A stretch of DNA of 37,667 bases from Malacoraja senta (taxonomy: Eukaryota). The notes beneath the pieces are model-generated. The model did no database searches and was not told the DNA's origin. It saw nothing but the letters and a program-made list of their open reading frames with translations. Numbering within the stretch: position 1 is the first letter of the stretch; each line of letters begins with the position of its first letter. The stretch is taken from assembly GCA_038087875.1 (NCBI GenBank), contig JAXLNO010000027.1, forward strand, positions 1 to 37,667, in the 5' to 3' direction. Of this stretch, positions 35,036-37,667 are shown in pieces. The position numbers and the translations under genes are program-made.

Positions 35036-35239
35036 TGTAAAGAATCTATAACGAGGCATCGTTACTTTACTATCTTTATTCATACTGGAGCATTACATAT
35101 TGCACTAGCTGTACGTGGTCTGTCACAGGAACTAGAGAGCGATCTGTGGGTGGGGAGGTTGTACTTATACTTGTGATATGGGGAGTGGTTAGTAGGTATG
35201 AGGTCACCATGTTAAAGGCACATGCATATATCATCTACA
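35036..35239 (-). repeat. Gypsy 5' LTR
   Basis: Direct repeat of 30516-30719. Confidence 0.95.
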
Positions 35240-35327
35240 GGGTGGGACAAAGATAGAATGTAGTCAGAGACAGTAAGACTAGTGGGAGAACTGGGAAGGG
35301 GAAGGGGATGGAAAGAGAAAGCAAGGG

Positions 35328-35892
35328 TTATCTGAAGTTAGAGAAGCCAATGTTCATACCGCTGGGGTGTAAACTACCCAAGCAAAATATTAGGTGCTGT
35401 TCTTCCAATTTGCACTGGGCCTCACTCTGACAATGGAGGCCCAGGACAGAAAGGTCAAATTGGGACTGGGAGGGGGAGTTGAAGTGCTGAGCTACCGGGA
35501 GATCAGGTAGGTTAAGACGATCTGAGCGGAGGTGTTTAGTGAAACGATCGCCGAGCCTGCGCTTGGTCTCGCCGATGTAGAGAAGTTGACACTTGGAACA
35601 GCGGATACAGTAGATGAGGTTGGAGGAGGTGCAAGTGAACCTCTGCCTCACCTGAAAAGATTGTTTGGGTCCTTGGACGGGGTCGAGGGGGGAGGTAAAG
35701 GGACAGGTGTTGCATCTCCTGCAGTTGCAGGGGAAAGTACCTGGGGAGGGGGTGGTTTGGTTGGGAAGGGACGAGTTGACCAGGGAGTTTCGGAGGGAAC
35801 AGTCTCTGCAGAAAGCAGAAAGGGGTGGAGATGGGAAGATGTGGCCAGTAGTGGTATCCCGTTGGAGGGGGCAAAAATGTTGGAGGATTTGT
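35328..35892 (-). pseudogene. Penelope GIY-YIG endonuclease domain
   Basis: CNCRRCNTC, NLIYCIRCSKCQLLYIGETKRRLGDRF, HFN, EQHLI...GMN. Confidence 0.85.
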
Positions 35893-35967
35893 TGCAGATG
35901 TGCCATGTTGGTCGGCATGGGCATGTTGGGCCGAAGGGCCTGCTTCCCTGCTATATGACTCTATGAC
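35893..35967 (+). mobile_element. Displaced CR1 3' tail
   Basis: catgttggtcggcatgggcatgttgggccgaagggcctg...tatgactctatgact continues the tail broken at 30428 (compare 37190-37263). Confidence 0.75.
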
Positions 35968-36984
35968 TAGGACAGCAGTGTTGATCAGGGCCAGGCAGAG
36001 GGGCGGTGCCTGCACAGTACATTCGCCCCTCTACTTGCTGCCTCAGTCACATTCATTATTCGTTGGGTTGCACCGTGTTGCAGGGCTGATCAGAGATACT
36101 TACAAAGAGTTGGAAACCATTTCAATAATTAAAACAACTAAAATAATTCATTGAAAGCCACATAAAACATGCAAGTTGATGGAAGCTATTAGCATTAATT
36201 AAAAGGAAATCTTAACTTCACTTCTTTCATAAATGTCGAAAGGATTCCTCCCACTTGTATTTTTGAGAAGCAGTTTAACTGTGTTCAGAGTAGTAATCTA
36301 GATTCTGTATGGCTAGCGACTGAATGTGAAGGATTTGCACTGTGGATATAGCATCAGAATCATTATTAATCCCGCTTCATTTTGGGAGAATCTTTCCTCA
36401 CAGGCAGTAACTTAATGGTTCATATCCACGGCACCCACAGATCATTTGAAATCAGTTCCAACCTTCCTGTAGCAACGTTAGTGCTAATCACCATGCCCTG
36501 GATCCTCAGTACTGCCATTGCACCTGACGGCTGATAAGCTTTCGGGCAGCTCAGCCTGAGCTGATTCACAATGGAGCCTTATACCCTTGTGATGCAAACT
36601 ACAGCAGAACTGACATTTAACAATGTCTGGGCAATTAAAAAAAAAAAAGAAAAGTTGACAGCATGTTAGCTTAGTATCTGATTCTTCTTTATTGATCATT
36701 CCTTACAGTTGCAGAAATTATTGAATTTTCACTTTCCTGCACATTTCCTGAGAACTAAAGGTATCACGATGAATCCTTACGTACCGCCCAGACTTGCCCC
36801 AGCAGTTCACAAAGTCCACTCAAGGAGTATTATTTTATTAATGTCACATCTGTATAAACCCTTTATGTATTACTCAAACTTTTCAGAATCCAAATCAGTA
36901 CATGATCAATACAGGAAGAATTTATTTAATTATTCTGCAGATTATATTCTTTAATCTGCCCAGAATAGGGCAATCAAAAATACA

Positions 36985-37263
36985 GAGGACAGATGTTTAA
37001 GGTGAGGTGGGGGAGAAGTTAAAAGGAGCCCGAGGGGAAAAGTTTTTTACACAAAGGGAGGTGGGTGTGTGGAACAAGCTGCCTGAGGAGGTAATCGTGG
37101 CAGGTACTATCATAACATTTAAAACATATTCGGACAGGCACATGGACAGGATAGGTTTAAAAGGATATTGGCCAAACACACGCAGGTGGGACTAGGGTAG
37201 ATAGGCATATTGGTCGGCGTGGCCAAGTTGGGCCAAAGGTTCCATGCTGTGTGACTCTATGAC
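36985..37263 (+). mobile_element. CR1 3' fragment
   Basis: FFTQREVGVWNKLPEEV; tail gactctatgact. Confidence 0.8.
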
Positions 37264-37557
37264 TAACAATATTTTTAACTGTATTGCTGTCTCTTTCTCA
37301 ATCTAGTAACGTGGGAACAATCTATAATGTTGGAGCAGTCTGCTTTACAGATGCATTATCAAATAATACATGACAACAAGCCACAAAAAGAGACCATCTG
37401 AACTATGAACAAAAAGTTTTGTCAAAGGAATCGTTTCTGAGGATCATCTTTAATATGTAAAGGTGAGAAGGCAGAGATATTTAGTGAGGTAATTCCGGAG
37501 GTTGGAGTTTAGGCAGCCAAAGAAATCAATACCAATAGTGGAACTTGAAAATTGGAA

Positions 37558-37630
37558 GTTTAGTTTAGTCTAGAGATGCAGCGCAGAAACAGGCCCTTCG
37601 GCCAACCGAGTCCGTGCCCACCAGCGATCC
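37558..37630 (-). mobile_element. HE1-like SINE 3' tail
   Basis: gtttagtttag...gaaacaggcccttcggcc...cagcgatcccc. Confidence 0.65.
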
Positions 37631-37667
37631 CGTTGATTGATTGGCCAGAACCAGAGGAGTGCTAACT

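Larger units (their letters stand above)
30516..35239 (-). mobile_element. Ty3/Gypsy LTR retrotransposon, 4724 bp, recent
   Basis: Two 204-bp LTRs (tgta...taca) with one mismatch; gag-PR-RT-RH-IN order; PPT; flanks aggtg/gggtg. Confidence 0.95.
30429..35892 (-). mobile_element. 5'-truncated Penelope-like element interrupted by a Gypsy element
   Basis: GIY-YIG region at 35328-35892, 3' flank 35240-35327, terminal repeat 30429-30515; imperfect 15-bp TSD. Confidence 0.8.

Noticed and set aside
36484..36655. Minus-strand exon after a T-rich acceptor-like tract
   Set aside because: The peptide is unrecognisable, there is no convincing donor, and the tract may just be a poly(A) run.

Overview
Eukaryotic, repeat-dense DNA, most likely intronic or intergenic sequence of a cartilaginous fish (skate/ray-like, inferred from the CR1/HER1-type LINEs, HE1-type V-SINE and Penelope families). 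No host gene can be named; there are two weak exon candidates. The window holds a near full-length Rex1/Babar LINE, a near full-length CR1 LINE with an SGNH-esterase ORF1, a decayed BEL/Pao LTR element, a young Ty3/Gypsy element (LTRs 203/204 identical), a non-autonomous Helitron, and many Penelope fragments and palindromes with hammerhead-like cores. The most unusual observations are: (1) a full tRNA-Asp(GTC) copy with genomic CCA, a duplicated T-arm/B-box and a T5 tract, sitting inside the BEL element between the pol stop codon and the PPT/3' LTR; (2) a perfect, unexplained 60-bp inverted repeat (26669-26728 / 28895-28954) bracketing 2.2 kb of old DNA; (3) a nest of four TE types (CR1 > Helitron; CR1 > Penelope > Gypsy). 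Family assignments come from motif recognition, not database searches, and boundaries of old fragments are approximate.
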